From: Actinomycetes bacterium
GTDB taxonomy: Bacteria > Actinomycetota > Acidimicrobiia > IMCC26256 > Chersky-534
Reading direction: 5' to 3'
Length of the DNA: 57,626 bases
Assembly (NCBI GenBank): GCA_025463865.1
Contig: JAODBH010000078.1
Coordinates: 1 to 57,626, forward strand
Part shown: one piece after another, positions 29,813 to 39,753 of the stretch
How the letters are laid out: every line of letters starts with the position of its first letter
Position numbering within the stretch: position 1 is the stretch's first letter
Notes under the pieces: model-generated
The model's database searches: none
Told to the model about the DNA's origin: nothing
The model's input: the letters and a program-made list of their open reading frames with translations, nothing else
Position numbers and translations under genes: made by a program

Positions 29813-30499
29813 ATGGCCGCAACCTCCGCCTCCAACGCCCAGCGCGACCACGCCACCGCGGCGGCAGAGGTGGCGATCTCGTCGCTCGATGCGTCCACGC
29901 TGGCCGTCGCCCGCCGCGTGAAGGGCTTCATGCCCGACGACGAGGGCCTGGCCCTGCACCGGGCGGGCCTCCTCGGGGCCGAGGTCGGGCCGTTGCTCGA
30001 GATCGGCACGTACTGCGGCAAATCGGCCGTCTACCTCGGCGCCGCGGCGCGGGCCGGGGGCTCGGTGCTCTTCACGGTCGACCACCACCGGGGCTCGGAG
30101 GAGAATCAGGCCGGTTGGGAGCACCACGACACCGAGCTGGTCGACGACCGCACCGGCCGCATGGACACGTTGCCGGTGTTCCGCCGTTCGATGGAGGACG
30201 CGGGCCTCGAGGACGTGGTGGTGGCGATCCTCGCGTCGTCGACGACGGTGGGCCGCTACTGGCGGACGCCGCTCGGGTTCCTGTTCATCGACGGCGGGCA
30301 CGCGGAGGACGTCGCGCTCGCCGACTACGAGTCCTGGGCCGGCCATGTCGCGCCCGGCGGCATCCTCGCGATCCACGACGTGTTCGAGGACCCCGCCGAC
30401 GGTGGACAGGCCCCCTTCCGGGTCTGGCAACGTGCCGTCGCCGACGGCTTCGTGCCGAAGGGGACGACAGGCAGCCTCCGCGTGTTGCGACACGCGTAG
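29813..30499 (+). CDS. Class I SAM-dependent methyltransferase (Methyltransf_24-like)
   Basis: [32 protein letters not shown]. Confidence 0.88.
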   Translation: MAATSASNAQRDHATAAAEVAISSLDASTLAVARRVKGFMPDDEGLALHRAGLLGAEVGPLLEIGTYCGKSAVYLGAAARAGGSVLFTVDHHRGSEENQAGWEHHDTELVDDRTGRMDTLPVFRRSMEDAGLEDVVVAILASSTTVGRYWRTPLGFLFIDGGHAEDVALADYESWAGHVAPGGILAIHDVFEDPADGGQAPFRVWQRAVADGFVPKGTTGSLRVLRHA

Positions 30500-30506
30500 G
30501 GCGTCC

Positions 30507-31607
30507 TCAGTCTTCCCGGCTGATATCGGCCGCGTTCTGCAGCAGGTCGGGGGAGAGGCCCGCGGGAAGGCCTTCCCCGCGGAAGAAGCCGTGGGTGAGA
30601 CCCGACCCGCCGAGCGCGTGGGCGGCGAGCACCACTGCGGCCGAGTTCCAGGTCGGCTGCTCCACGGGGAACAGCTCACCCGGCCGGGAGAAGTCGTTCT
30701 CGTCGAAGTTCGCGCCGGTCCAGTAGCCGCCGGACTCGGCCCGGAGGAACTGCACGTCGGTGAAGAGGCGCAGCGCGAGCTCGTGCTCGCGCAGGCCGTC
30801 GAGGGTGAGCACCAGCTCGCAGGTCTCGGCCGCGGTGATCCAGGGCTGGTCCGAGACGCAGCGCACGCCCCGGCCCTCGACCACGAAGGTCGACCATCCG
30901 TCGCGCAGCCGCTCGCGCCCGGGTTCGTCGCGCAGCGCGCCGCCGAGCACGGGGTAGTACCAGTCCATGGCCCAGCGGCTCTTGTCGAGGAACGCCGTGG
31001 GCCGGTGGCGGATCGAGTGGCCGAGGGAGCCCAGCGAGAGCTCCCAGTCGGGGCGTTCGTGGCCGAGGTGGTCGGCGAGCAGCACCGCGCACCGCAGGCT
31101 CGCGTGGATGCTCGACGAGCCCGTGAGCAGCGCCCCGTCGTCCGGGTCGTCGCCCCGCCACGCGATCGCTCCCTCCTCGGCCTGGAAGCCGAGGGCATAG
31201 TCGATCGCGCGTTCGACGACCGGCCAGAAGCGGGACACGAACGAGCGGTCACCGGTCGAGAGGTAGTGGTGGAGCACGCCGTTCGCGATGTAGCAGGTGA
31301 CGTTGGTGTCGCGGGTGGGGTCTTCGATCGCGTCGCCGAGGTAGTAGGCGTGCCATCCGCCGTCGGGGAGCTGGCGCTGCGCGAGCCACTTGTAGGCGCG
31401 GGCCGCGTCGTGGTGCCGGCCGCCCACGTCGAGGGCCATCGCGGCCTCGATCAGATTCCACGGGTCGGTGTGGCCGCCGGGGAACCACGGGATGTTGCCG
31501 TCGGCCAGCTGGACGTCACCGATCGCGTCGACGGTCGCCGCGACGTCGGCCGCGGAGAGGATCCCCCCGACGGACGGACACAGCTCCCGGCGGGCGCACT
31601 CACTCAT
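30507..31607 (-). CDS. Prenyltransferase/squalene-cyclase-like alpha-alpha toroid protein
   Basis: Repeated QxxDG-type motifs (QLADGNI, QLPDGGW, QAEEGAI), DPWN, MDWYYP; overlaps the upstream methyltransferase. Confidence 0.75.
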   Translation of the reverse strand: MSECARRELCPSVGGILSAADVAATVDAIGDVQLADGNIPWFPGGHTDPWNLIEAAMALDVGGRHHDAARAYKWLAQRQLPDGGWHAYYLGDAIEDPTRDTNVTCYIANGVLHHYLSTGDRSFVSRFWPVVERAIDYALGFQAEEGAIAWRGDDPDDGALLTGSSSIHASLRCAVLLADHLGHERPDWELSLGSLGHSIRHRPTAFLDKSRWAMDWYYPVLGGALRDEPGRERLRDGWSTFVVEGRGVRCVSDQPWITAAETCELVLTLDGLREHELALRLFTDVQFLRAESGGYWTGANFDENDFSRPGELFPVEQPTWNSAAVVLAAHALGGSGLTHGFFRGEGLPAGLSPDLLQNAADISRED

Positions 31608-32349
31608 GGGCACCCGTGCGCGTCGCGGTGCGCGGCAACCGCGGCGCCTTCTCGACGTAGATGACGAGGCTCTTGCCGAGGACGGGACGCAGGCCCTTCT
31701 CGACCCAGCCGGCCCAGCGGGGCCGGTTCGTCAGCTCCCACACCAGGAAGCGGTGGTACGTGCGGGTCGGGAGGCGCTCCGGTCGGTCGACGCCGAGCGC
31801 GCAGCGGAGGAACCAGTAGGGGGAGTGGAGCGCATGCGCGTGGTGCGAGCCGCGCAGCAGCAGCCCGGCGGCGTCGAGCTTCTGCTCGAGCTCGTGCTGG
31901 TGGAAGATGCGCACGTGGCCGCCCGGGCGGTCGTGATACTCGTTGCTCAGTGCCCAGTTGACCCGCTCGGGCCAGCGGGTGGGGACGGTGACGGCCATGC
32001 GGCCACCGGGCTTGAGGATGCGGGTCAGCTCGGCGATCGCCCGGTCGACGTGACCGATGTGCTCGAGCACCTCGCTGGTGACGATGTGGTCGAAGGAGTC
32101 GTCGGGAAAGGGCAGTGCGAGCGCGTCGGCGTTGACGGTGCCGCCGTGGAACTCGTCGAGCTCGCCCGCGGCGAGCATGCCGCCGACGACCGCGCGCACG
32201 TCCTTGAGCTCGCCCTCGTCGTAGTCGAGCGCGACCACGGTGGCGCCGCGTCGGAGCGCTTCGAACGAGTGGCGGCCACCGCCGGCGCCCATGTCCAGGA
32301 TGCGATCCCCGGGTCGGAGGCGGAGGCGGTCGAAGTCGACGGTCAGCAT
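31600..32349 (-). CDS. Class I SAM-dependent methyltransferase
   Basis: LDMGAGGGRH, DALALPFPD, SEVLEHI, LKPGG. Confidence 0.9.
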   Translation of the reverse strand: MLTVDFDRLRLRPGDRILDMGAGGGRHSFEALRRGATVVALDYDEGELKDVRAVVGGMLAAGELDEFHGGTVNADALALPFPDDSFDHIVTSEVLEHIGHVDRAIAELTRILKPGGRMAVTVPTRWPERVNWALSNEYHDRPGGHVRIFHQHELEQKLDAAGLLLRGSHHAHALHSPYWFLRCALGVDRPERLPTRTYHRFLVWELTNRPRWAGWVEKGLRPVLGKSLVIYVEKAPRLPRTATRTGAHE

Positions 32350-33629
32350 CAGGCGGCCCCGGTGGGGGCGGCGGGGCTCTCGGCGAGGAGGGCGCGGTAC
32401 TGCTCGATGATTCCCTCGGCGCACCTGCGCCACGTGAAGCGGCTCAAAGCCCGGTCGCGCCCGGCTTCGCCCATCGTGCGGGCCGCGTCGGGGTCGGCGA
32501 GGACCGCCCGGATGGCGCCGGCGAGGGCTTCCGCGTCGTTGGGCTCGACCGTGCGGGCGGTGAGCCCGTCGGTGCCGACGACCTCGGGAAGCGCGCCGCC
32601 GGTGGTGGCCACGAGGGGCACAGCACACGCCATGGCCTCGATGGCCGGGAGCGAGAAGCCCTCGTAGAGGGAAGGGACGACCGCGACCTGCGCTTCGGCG
32701 TAGAGCTCGACGATGCGCTCGGTGGTGACGCCGCTGACCCATTCGACGGCGCCGGTGAGCCCGAGCCGCTCGATGAGCGCGGGGATCTTGCTCTTGTCCC
32801 GGGGCTTGCCGATGACCACGAGGTGCGCGTCCTCGTTGTCGGTGCGCACCTTGGCGAGTGCCTCGAGCAGCGGAGCCAGACCCTTCATCGGGACGTCGGC
32901 GCTCGCCGTGGTCATGAGGCGGCCGGGCACGCGTGCGATGTGCGGCATGGGCCGGAAGATCTCCGGATCGACGCCGACCGGAACGATGTGGAGCTGCTCG
33001 CTGCGCACACCCATCTGGGCGACGATGTCGCGCTTCGAGCTCTCGGACACGGTGATGATGCGCGGCAGCGCGCGGGCAACGTCCATCTGCATGTCGAGGA
33101 AGCCGTACCAGCGCTTGAGCGTGAAGCGGCGCCACGGGTTGGTGGCGTGCTGCAGGTCGAGGTCGCGGTCGACGGTGATGGGGTGGTGCAGCGTGCCGAG
33201 GATCGGCCAGCCGTCGGCCATCGCGCCGAGGAGGCCGGTGCCGAGACACTGGTTGTCGTGGACGACGTCGAAGTCGCCCCGGCGCTTCGAGAGCAGCTTC
33301 CGGACCCGTTCGCTGAACGTGTAGGGCTCGGGGAATCCCGCGCCGCACATGATCGCGAACTCCTTGACGTCGGTGAGGCTGCGGAACTCCCAGGGCCACG
33401 GCACCCGGAACGGGTTCGACGAGCGGTAGAGGTCGAGGCTCGGCACCTTCACGAGCTCCACGCCGTCGTCGAGCAGGGGCCACGGCTGGCCGGCGAAGAC
33501 CTCGACGTGGTGCCCGAGATCACGCAGCTCGCGGGCCACGTACCTCGTGTAGACCCCCTGTCCACCACAGTGCGGGTTGCCGCGGTAGACCAACCAGGCG
33601 ATGCGGAGAGGTCGCTCGGAGGTCGGCAT
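32349..33629 (-). CDS. GT4 family glycosyltransferase
   Basis: GGQGVY, HDNQ, KG, and PSLYEGFSLPAIEAMAC (Ex7E) motif. Confidence 0.93.
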   Translation of the reverse strand: MPTSERPLRIAWLVYRGNPHCGGQGVYTRYVARELRDLGHHVEVFAGQPWPLLDDGVELVKVPSLDLYRSSNPFRVPWPWEFRSLTDVKEFAIMCGAGFPEPYTFSERVRKLLSKRRGDFDVVHDNQCLGTGLLGAMADGWPILGTLHHPITVDRDLDLQHATNPWRRFTLKRWYGFLDMQMDVARALPRIITVSESSKRDIVAQMGVRSEQLHIVPVGVDPEIFRPMPHIARVPGRLMTTASADVPMKGLAPLLEALAKVRTDNEDAHLVVIGKPRDKSKIPALIERLGLTGAVEWVSGVTTERIVELYAEAQVAVVPSLYEGFSLPAIEAMACAVPLVATTGGALPEVVGTDGLTARTVEPNDAEALAGAIRAVLADPDAARTMGEAGRDRALSRFTWRRCAEGIIEQYRALLAESPAAPTGAA

Positions 33630-33716
33630 AGCCGACAAGCCTCGCCGCGCCCGCCATTCTGGGCAAACTCGGCCCCCTGACCTGCACCGGAGCACGAAAT
33701 GCACGAACTCGTAGGT

Positions 33717-33728
33717 GGAACCGGTTCC
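33717..33728. promoter_or_regulatory. Perfect 12-bp palindrome in a divergent intergenic region (putative operator)
   Basis: GGAACCGGTTCC between the GT4 operon and the S9 peptidase. Confidence 0.45.
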
Positions 33729-33766
33729 GGTTCCCCGCCGGTAGCCGCCGCCGGGCGACGTTCCTG

Positions 33767-35692
33767 ATGGACACGAGTGGTGGGGGAGCGGTCACCGCGG
33801 CGATGGTGGCGCGCGCCCGTTCGCTCGCCGACCCGCAGTGGTCGCCGTCGGGCGACCGGCTCGCGTGGAACGAGTCGTTCGGGGGCCGTACCGACGTCCT
33901 GGTCGCGCCGGCCGACGGCTCCGACCTGCCGCTCGTCGTCTCGAGCGCGATCCGCCCGGGCGGCGTCCATCCGTCGGGCGGCGGCGTGTACGCCTGGGCC
34001 GGCGACGACGCGCTCGTGGTCGCCACACGCGGTGACGGGCTCGCGGTGCTCCCCGCGCGCGGTGGACCACCCGTGGCGACGGTGGCCGGGGGCGGTCCCG
34101 CGTTCGCGCCTGCGGTCTCGCCCGACGGACGCTTCGTGGCCTACGTGCGCGACACGGGTTCGGAGTGCCCGGTGATGGTCGCGGCGATCGACGCGTCGAC
34201 CGCGCCGGTGCGGATCAGCGAGGCCAGTGACTTCGCGTGGGACCCGGTGTGGCGGCCCGATGGGCGCGCGGTCACGTGGTTCGAGTGGGATCTGCCCGCG
34301 ATGCCGTGGACCGCTTCGCGGATCGCGTCCCGTGCGTTCCGTGCGGTCGACGGCGCCCCGCCCGAGCTCGGACCGGTCGAGGTGCTCGCCGGCGGTCCTG
34401 CGGTCGGCGTCGCGCAACCCCGCTACTCGCCCGACGGCACGTGGCTGGCCTACGTGAGTGACGCCGGTGGGTGGGCCAACGTCTGGATCGCGCGTCCCGA
34501 CGGCGCCGACGCGCGTCCGCTGCTACCGGAGCCATTCGAGCAGTCGCGGCCGCCGTGGGGGCCGAGGGTGCGCTCGTTCGCGTGGTCACCCGACTCGGCC
34601 CGCGTCGCGTTGGTCCGCAACGAGGGCGGATTCGGTCGGCTCGTCAGCGTTGCGGTCGCCGACGGCTCCGGGCGCGACGAGGCCCGGGCCTGGCACGTCG
34701 GTCCCGACTGGGGCCCGGCCGGGATCGCCGCGATCCGGTTCGGGGCCCGCACGGTCCCGCAGGTGACGGTCCGGTCGCCCGCGGGCGGGGCGCGTACTGT
34801 CCTGGCCCGGGGCACGCCGGGCGGGTTCGAGACCGAGAGCCGCGGCGAGCCCGAGGCGGTGACGTGGAGCCGCGACGGCGTTCCGGTCCACGGGCTGGTC
34901 TGGAGCCCGAGAGCCGCGGCCGGGGTGCCGGACGATGCGGGCGCCCCGCGGGCGCCCGCCCCGATGCTCGTGCTCCTGCACGGCGGGCCGACCGACCAGG
35001 CCCTCGTCGACTGGCAGGCGCGCCGCGCCTTCTTCCTCGACCGCGGGTGGGTCGTCTTCACGCCCAACGCGCGCGGCTCGACCGGCTACGGGCGCGAGTA
35101 CCGCGACGCGATGAACGGCGGGTGGGGGGAGGTCGACGTCGACGACGTCGCCGCAGGGATCGACGCGATGGTGACGCGCGGCGTCGCCGATCCGGCGCGC
35201 GTCGCGGTCATGGGCGGCAGTGCCGGTGGCTACTCCGCGCTGATGCTCTGCGTCCGCCACCCGCAGTTGCTCCGCGCCGCGGTGAGCCTCTACGGCGTCA
35301 CCGACCTCCTCGGGCTCGCCGCCGGCACGTGGCGATTCGAGTCGCGCTATCTCGACCTGCTCGTCGGCCCACTCCCGCAGGAGGCCGAGCGCTACCGCGC
35401 CCGGTCCCCGATCAACCGGGCCGCGGAGATCCGCACCCCGCTGTTGTTGCTCCAGGGCGACGCGGACGAAGTCGTACCGCTCGCGCAGACCCGCGCGCTG
35501 GTCGACGCGCTGGAGCAGGCCGCGGTTCCCGTCGAGCACCACGTCTACGAGAGTGAGGGCCACGGCTGGTCGCGGCCCGAGACCGTGATCGACGAGCTCG
35601 ACCGGGTCGAGGACTTCCTCGCCCGTCACGTGCTCGGCCGCGCCACCTCGGTGGCCGATACGACGACTGCGGAGGATGCTCAGGATGCCTGA
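33767..35692 (+). CDS. S9 family prolyl oligopeptidase/acylaminoacyl peptidase
   Basis: WSP/SPDG propeller repeats, HGGP, RGSTGYG, GGSAGG nucleophile elbow, QGDADEVV, EGHG. Confidence 0.92.
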   Translation: MDTSGGGAVTAAMVARARSLADPQWSPSGDRLAWNESFGGRTDVLVAPADGSDLPLVVSSAIRPGGVHPSGGGVYAWAGDDALVVATRGDGLAVLPARGGPPVATVAGGGPAFAPAVSPDGRFVAYVRDTGSECPVMVAAIDASTAPVRISEASDFAWDPVWRPDGRAVTWFEWDLPAMPWTASRIASRAFRAVDGAPPELGPVEVLAGGPAVGVAQPRYSPDGTWLAYVSDAGGWANVWIARPDGADARPLLPEPFEQSRPPWGPRVRSFAWSPDSARVALVRNEGGFGRLVSVAVADGSGRDEARAWHVGPDWGPAGIAAIRFGARTVPQVTVRSPAGGARTVLARGTPGGFETESRGEPEAVTWSRDGVPVHGLVWSPRAAAGVPDDAGAPRAPAPMLVLLHGGPTDQALVDWQARRAFFLDRGWVVFTPNARGSTGYGREYRDAMNGGWGEVDVDDVAAGIDAMVTRGVADPARVAVMGGSAGGYSALMLCVRHPQLLRAAVSLYGVTDLLGLAAGTWRFESRYLDLLVGPLPQEAERYRARSPINRAAEIRTPLLLLQGDADEVVPLAQTRALVDALEQAAVPVEHHVYESEGHGWSRPETVIDELDRVEDFLARHVLGRATSVADTTTAEDAQDA

Positions 35693-36356
35693 CGAGAAGC
35701 TCGTCACCGACTACGAGCTCGAAGGGCCCGAGCGCGGCGCCGACCGGGCCGTGCTGCTCGCGCACGGCGCGGGCGCCGACATGCACGCGGCGACACTGAC
35801 CACGGTCTCGGCCGCGCTCGCCGCGGCGGGCGTGCCGGCATTGCGCTTCAACTTCCGGTACCGGAGCGCGGGTCGCAACGCGCCCGACCGCGCGCCCGTC
35901 CTGCTCGCCGCGGTTCGCGAAGCCGCGGCCGAGCTCGCGCGGCGCACCAAGCTCGATCCCGACCGGCTCGTGCTGGGAGGCCGGTCGATGGGCGGCCGGA
36001 TGGCGTCGATCGCGGTGGCCGACGTCGACGACCCGCTGCCGGCGCTCGGGCTCGTGTTGCTGGGCTATCCGCTGCATCCCGCGGGCAAGCCCGACAACCT
36101 GCGGACCGAGCACTTCCCCCGCATGCGGGTCCCGTCGCTGTTCGTGAGCGGCACGCGCGATTCGCTCGCTCCACGCGACTCGCTGCTTCGCGAGATCCCG
36201 CAGATCCCCGGCCCGGTGACCGTGCACTGGCTCGAGTCGGCCGACCACGGCTTCAAGCCGTTGAAGGTGTCAGGGCTCACGCAGGCGGACGTGCTGGTCG
36301 ACGCGGCGGCGGCCGTCGTCGACTTCGTCGGCGCGCTTCCGGGCCCGAGCCGCTAG
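35685..36356 (+). CDS. Alpha/beta hydrolase
   Basis: LAHGAG, GGRSMGGR, LGYPLHP, GTRD, DH. Confidence 0.9.
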   Translation: MPDEKLVTDYELEGPERGADRAVLLAHGAGADMHAATLTTVSAALAAAGVPALRFNFRYRSAGRNAPDRAPVLLAAVREAAAELARRTKLDPDRLVLGGRSMGGRMASIAVADVDDPLPALGLVLLGYPLHPAGKPDNLRTEHFPRMRVPSLFVSGTRDSLAPRDSLLREIPQIPGPVTVHWLESADHGFKPLKVSGLTQADVLVDAAAAVVDFVGALPGPSR

Positions 36357-36370
36357 TCGCACGGGTTCGC

Positions 36371-36895
36371 TCACGCGCCGGGCGCGGCCCCGTCCGGCTC
36401 ATGGTTGCCCGGGTCATGGCTTCGCTCGGCCGCGAGCTTGAGCCGCTCGAGCGTGGTGATCATCCCGTTGCGGTTGTGGTCGCTGCGGTTCCACACGCCG
36501 GACGCGAGCCCACCGAGGACCTTGATGGTCGGGCCGCGGCGGTCTTGCCAGATCTCCTCCACGGTGCAGGCGACGCCGTCGCGCGTCGGCGCGATCGAGT
36601 ACGTCCAGCGGGCCACGGGCAGGTTCGCCACCGTGTGGATCTCGAAGCTCAGCTCCACGCCGGGATCGGCGACGAGCACGGTCCCGAGCGTGCTCCACCG
36701 CCGGCGCCCCCGGCGGTTGCGGCCGGAGAACCGCGCCCCGGGGGTGGCCTTCGTCGCGCCGTCGAGCCAGGTGCAGCCGTTGCTCTCGGGGCTGAACTCG
36801 CCCATGCGGGTGAGATCGGCGACGAGTGCATAGACCCGCACGGCGGGTGCGTCGATGTCGAGCGTGACGGAGATCCGGTCGGGCTCGGTGGTCAC
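36371..36895 (-). CDS. SRPBCC (polyketide cyclase/dehydrase-like) protein
   Basis: IDAPAVRVYALVADLTRMGEFSPE...TLERLK. Leaderless: TATCGT 6 nt before the GTG. Confidence 0.88.
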   Translation of the reverse strand: MTTEPDRISVTLDIDAPAVRVYALVADLTRMGEFSPESNGCTWLDGATKATPGARFSGRNRRGRRRWSTLGTVLVADPGVELSFEIHTVANLPVARWTYSIAPTRDGVACTVEEIWQDRRGPTIKVLGGLASGVWNRSDHNRNGMITTLERLKLAAERSHDPGNHEPDGAAPGA

Positions 36896-36953
36896 CGGCG
36901 AACGATAACAACGCATCGCCGCGTACCTGGGGCGGATCGGGGAGAATGCGGCC

Positions 36954-37475
36954 ATGCGAGTCGAGCGCACGTTTGCCTTCGTGGACCTCTGCGGGTTCAC
37001 CCGCTTCACCGATGCCCAAGGGGATGACGAGTCGGTCCGGGTCCTCACGCAGTTCCGGACCGCGGTGCGGGAGACCGCGACCGACTTCGGCGTGCGGGTC
37101 GCGAAGTGGCTGGGCGACGGCGCGATGTTCGTCGGCGTGCAGACCGAACCCCTCGTCGCCGCGATCGTGGGGCTGGAAGCCGACCTCTCGGAGACGGTGC
37201 CGCTGCCGTTGCGGGGCGGGATCGCCGCCGGTGCCGTGATCGTGTTCGAAGGCGACGACTACACCGGGAGCGCAGTGAACCTGGCCGCGCGCCTGTGCGA
37301 CCTCGCCGGACCCCACGAGGTGCTGTGCACGCCCGAGGTCGCGGAGCTGCGGCCTCCGGGAATCGACGCGTTGCCCGTCGGCGAGGTCGACATCAAGGGA
37401 CTCGTGCACCGCGTGTCCGTCGTGCGGTTGACCGCGCACCCCGCTCCGGAGCCGCTGCCCGAGATCGCTCGGTAG
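36954..37475 (+). CDS. Standalone class III adenylate cyclase catalytic domain
   Basis: FVDLCGFT, KWLGDG and DYTGSAVNLAARL contain the metal-binding Asp pair, adenine-specifying K/D and catalytic N/R. Confidence 0.88.
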   Translation: MRVERTFAFVDLCGFTRFTDAQGDDESVRVLTQFRTAVRETATDFGVRVAKWLGDGAMFVGVQTEPLVAAIVGLEADLSETVPLPLRGGIAAGAVIVFEGDDYTGSAVNLAARLCDLAGPHEVLCTPEVAELRPPGIDALPVGEVDIKGLVHRVSVVRLTAHPAPEPLPEIAR

Positions 37476-37488
37476 CTAGCCTCCTTGC

Positions 37489-38313
37489 ATGGCTGAGTGG
37501 AACACGCTGCGGCTCGAGATCGACGATCACGTCGGGCATCTGTACCTGGCCCGGCCCGACAAGCTCAACTCGTTCACCCAGGAGATGTGGGGCGAGCTGA
37601 AGGCGCTCGGCGAGCAGCTGTGCGCCGATCCCCGCGGCATCCGGGCCCTCGTCGTGATCGGCGAGGGACGCGCGTTCTCGAGTGGCATCGATACGTCGGT
37701 GTTCGCCTCCGACCTGTTCGCGCCACCGGAGGGAGCGGGCGCCACCGACGACGGGCTCGCGCACCTGCTCGCGACGATCGCCGAGTTCCAGGCCGCGTTC
37801 ACCTGGTGCGAGGACGCTCCCTTCGTCACCATCGCCGCGATCCGCGGCTACGCCTACGGCGCCGGCCTGCAGCTCGCGATCGCGTGCGACATCCGCGTCG
37901 CGGCCGAGGGTTCGAAGCTCGGTCTGCTCGAGCTGCAGTACGGGATCCTGCCCGACCTCGGTGGGACGCAGCGGCTCCCGCGCCTCGTCGGCTACGGCAA
38001 GGCGGTCGAGCTCACCTGCACCGCGGCACGGATCGACGCGGCCGAGGCGCTGCGCATCGGCCTGGTCGAGCAGGTCGTCGCCGACGGCGATCTCGAGTCC
38101 ACCGCCGACGCTCTCGCGACCACCATCGCCGCCCAGCCCCCGCTCCCGGTGCGGGGTGTGAAGCGCGCGATGCAGGCCTCGTACCATCTGGACCGGGCTG
38201 CGGGTCTCCGCTTCGAGGCCGAGCAGCAAGCGGTCTGCATCCGCTCCGACGACATGCGCGAAGCGCTCGCCGCGTTCATCGAGGGACGCCCCGCCGTCTA
38301 CGAAGGACGCTGA
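37489..38313 (+). CDS. Enoyl-CoA hydratase/isomerase family protein
   Basis: RPDKLNS, FSSGID, GAGLQLAIACD, PDLGG. Leaderless: TAGCCT 6 nt before the ATG. Confidence 0.9.
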   Translation: MAEWNTLRLEIDDHVGHLYLARPDKLNSFTQEMWGELKALGEQLCADPRGIRALVVIGEGRAFSSGIDTSVFASDLFAPPEGAGATDDGLAHLLATIAEFQAAFTWCEDAPFVTIAAIRGYAYGAGLQLAIACDIRVAAEGSKLGLLELQYGILPDLGGTQRLPRLVGYGKAVELTCTAARIDAAEALRIGLVEQVVADGDLESTADALATTIAAQPPLPVRGVKRAMQASYHLDRAAGLRFEAEQQAVCIRSDDMREALAAFIEGRPAVYEGR

Positions 38314-38386
38314 GCGCTGCCGCTCCTCCCCACCGAGCGCGCGTACCGCCTCCTGCGTGCCGCGCGCGCCTACGATGCCCAGCCAC

Positions 38387-39646
38387 ATGGACCGCATCGC
38401 CGTCCGCGCCGGCCAGCCGCTCTCGGGAACGATCCGGGTCGCGGGCGCGACCAAGAACTCGGGGCTGAAGCTGATGGCCGCCGCGCTCCTCGCGCCGGGC
38501 AAGTCGGTGCTCCGCAATGTGCCGCCGGTCGCGGACCTCGACGTGATGATCGAGGTCATGCGCGCCATCGGCGCGCCCACGGAGTGGACCGGTCCCGACG
38601 AGCTGACGATCGACGCGTCCGGCGAACTGACGCCCGAGGCGCCGTACGAGCTGGTCAGCAAGATGCGCGCCTCCATCAACGTGCTGGGTCCGCTGCTCGC
38701 TCGCTGCGGCGAGGCGCGCGTCGCGATGCCCGGCGGCGACAACATCGGCAGCCGCAAGCTCGATATGCACTTCCGCGGGCTCGAGCAGATGGGCGTCGAG
38801 ATCGAGGTGCGCCACGGCTTCATCGAGGCCCGACACAACGCCCTCGGCGGCGCCCGCGTGGTGCTGGAGTTCCCGAGCGTCGGCGCGACCGAGAACCTGC
38901 TCACCGCGGCGGTGCTCGCCAAGGGCAGGAGCGTCATCGAGAACGCGGCCCGCGAGCCCGAGATCACCGATCTGGCGAACACCCTCATCCGCATGGGCGC
39001 CGACATCAGGGGTGCCGGCACGTCCACCATCGAGATCGAGGGCGTGACCGAGCTCGTGGCGGTCGAGTCCGAGATCATGGGTGACCGCATCGAGGCCGGC
39101 ACCTTCCTCATGGCCGTTGGCGTCGCGGGCGGTGACGTCACCCTCGAGGGCATCCGCATCGAGCACCTCGAGATGGTGGTGCTCAAGCTGGAGGAGATGG
39201 GCATGCGGGTGTCGCCCACGCCCGAGGGGCTCTGGGCCCGCAGCGACGGGCGCCTCCGGTCGGTCGACATCGCCACCCTGCCGTACCCCGGCTTCGCCAC
39301 CGACTACATGCCGCTCGTCGTCGCCCTGCTCGCCACCTGCGAGGGCACCGCGATCGTCACCGAGAACGTCTTCGACAGCCGCTTCAGCTTCGTCGACGAG
39401 CTCAATCGCATGGGCGCCGACATCCGCAACGAGGGCCGCCATGCCGTGATCCGGGGCCGGGGCCGGCTGTCGGGCGCGCCGGTCCGTGCCCTCGACGTGC
39501 GGGCCGGCGCCGCCCTGGTGCTGGCGGGCCTGGCGGCGGAGGGCGAGACCATCGTCCACGAGCCCCATCACGTGTACCGGGGCTACGTCGACCTGGTGGG
39601 CAAGCTCCGCAGCGTCGGGGCCGATGTCCGCTACTTGCCCGACTGA
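38387..39646 (+). CDS. murA: UDP-N-acetylglucosamine 1-carboxyvinyltransferase (Asp variant)
   Basis: KN, KMRAS, PGGDNIGSR, SVGATEN, NAAREPE, PYPGFATD. Confidence 0.97.
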   Translation: MDRIAVRAGQPLSGTIRVAGATKNSGLKLMAAALLAPGKSVLRNVPPVADLDVMIEVMRAIGAPTEWTGPDELTIDASGELTPEAPYELVSKMRASINVLGPLLARCGEARVAMPGGDNIGSRKLDMHFRGLEQMGVEIEVRHGFIEARHNALGGARVVLEFPSVGATENLLTAAVLAKGRSVIENAAREPEITDLANTLIRMGADIRGAGTSTIEIEGVTELVAVESEIMGDRIEAGTFLMAVGVAGGDVTLEGIRIEHLEMVVLKLEEMGMRVSPTPEGLWARSDGRLRSVDIATLPYPGFATDYMPLVVALLATCEGTAIVTENVFDSRFSFVDELNRMGADIRNEGRHAVIRGRGRLSGAPVRALDVRAGAALVLAGLAAEGETIVHEPHHVYRGYVDLVGKLRSVGADVRYLPD

Positions 39647-39753
39647 TCCCGCTCGGCGGCCCGGGTTCGGGACGTGCGGGAACGAATGCGATACTGGCGG
39701 GGTTCCACCCTCCCGACGCAGCGTCGCGAGGCCGTAGGAACGAGGAGTCCAAG

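Noticed and set aside
30507-31607. Squalene-hopene cyclase
   Set aside because: Single domain of about 366 aa with no DxDD motif and no hopanoid genes nearby.
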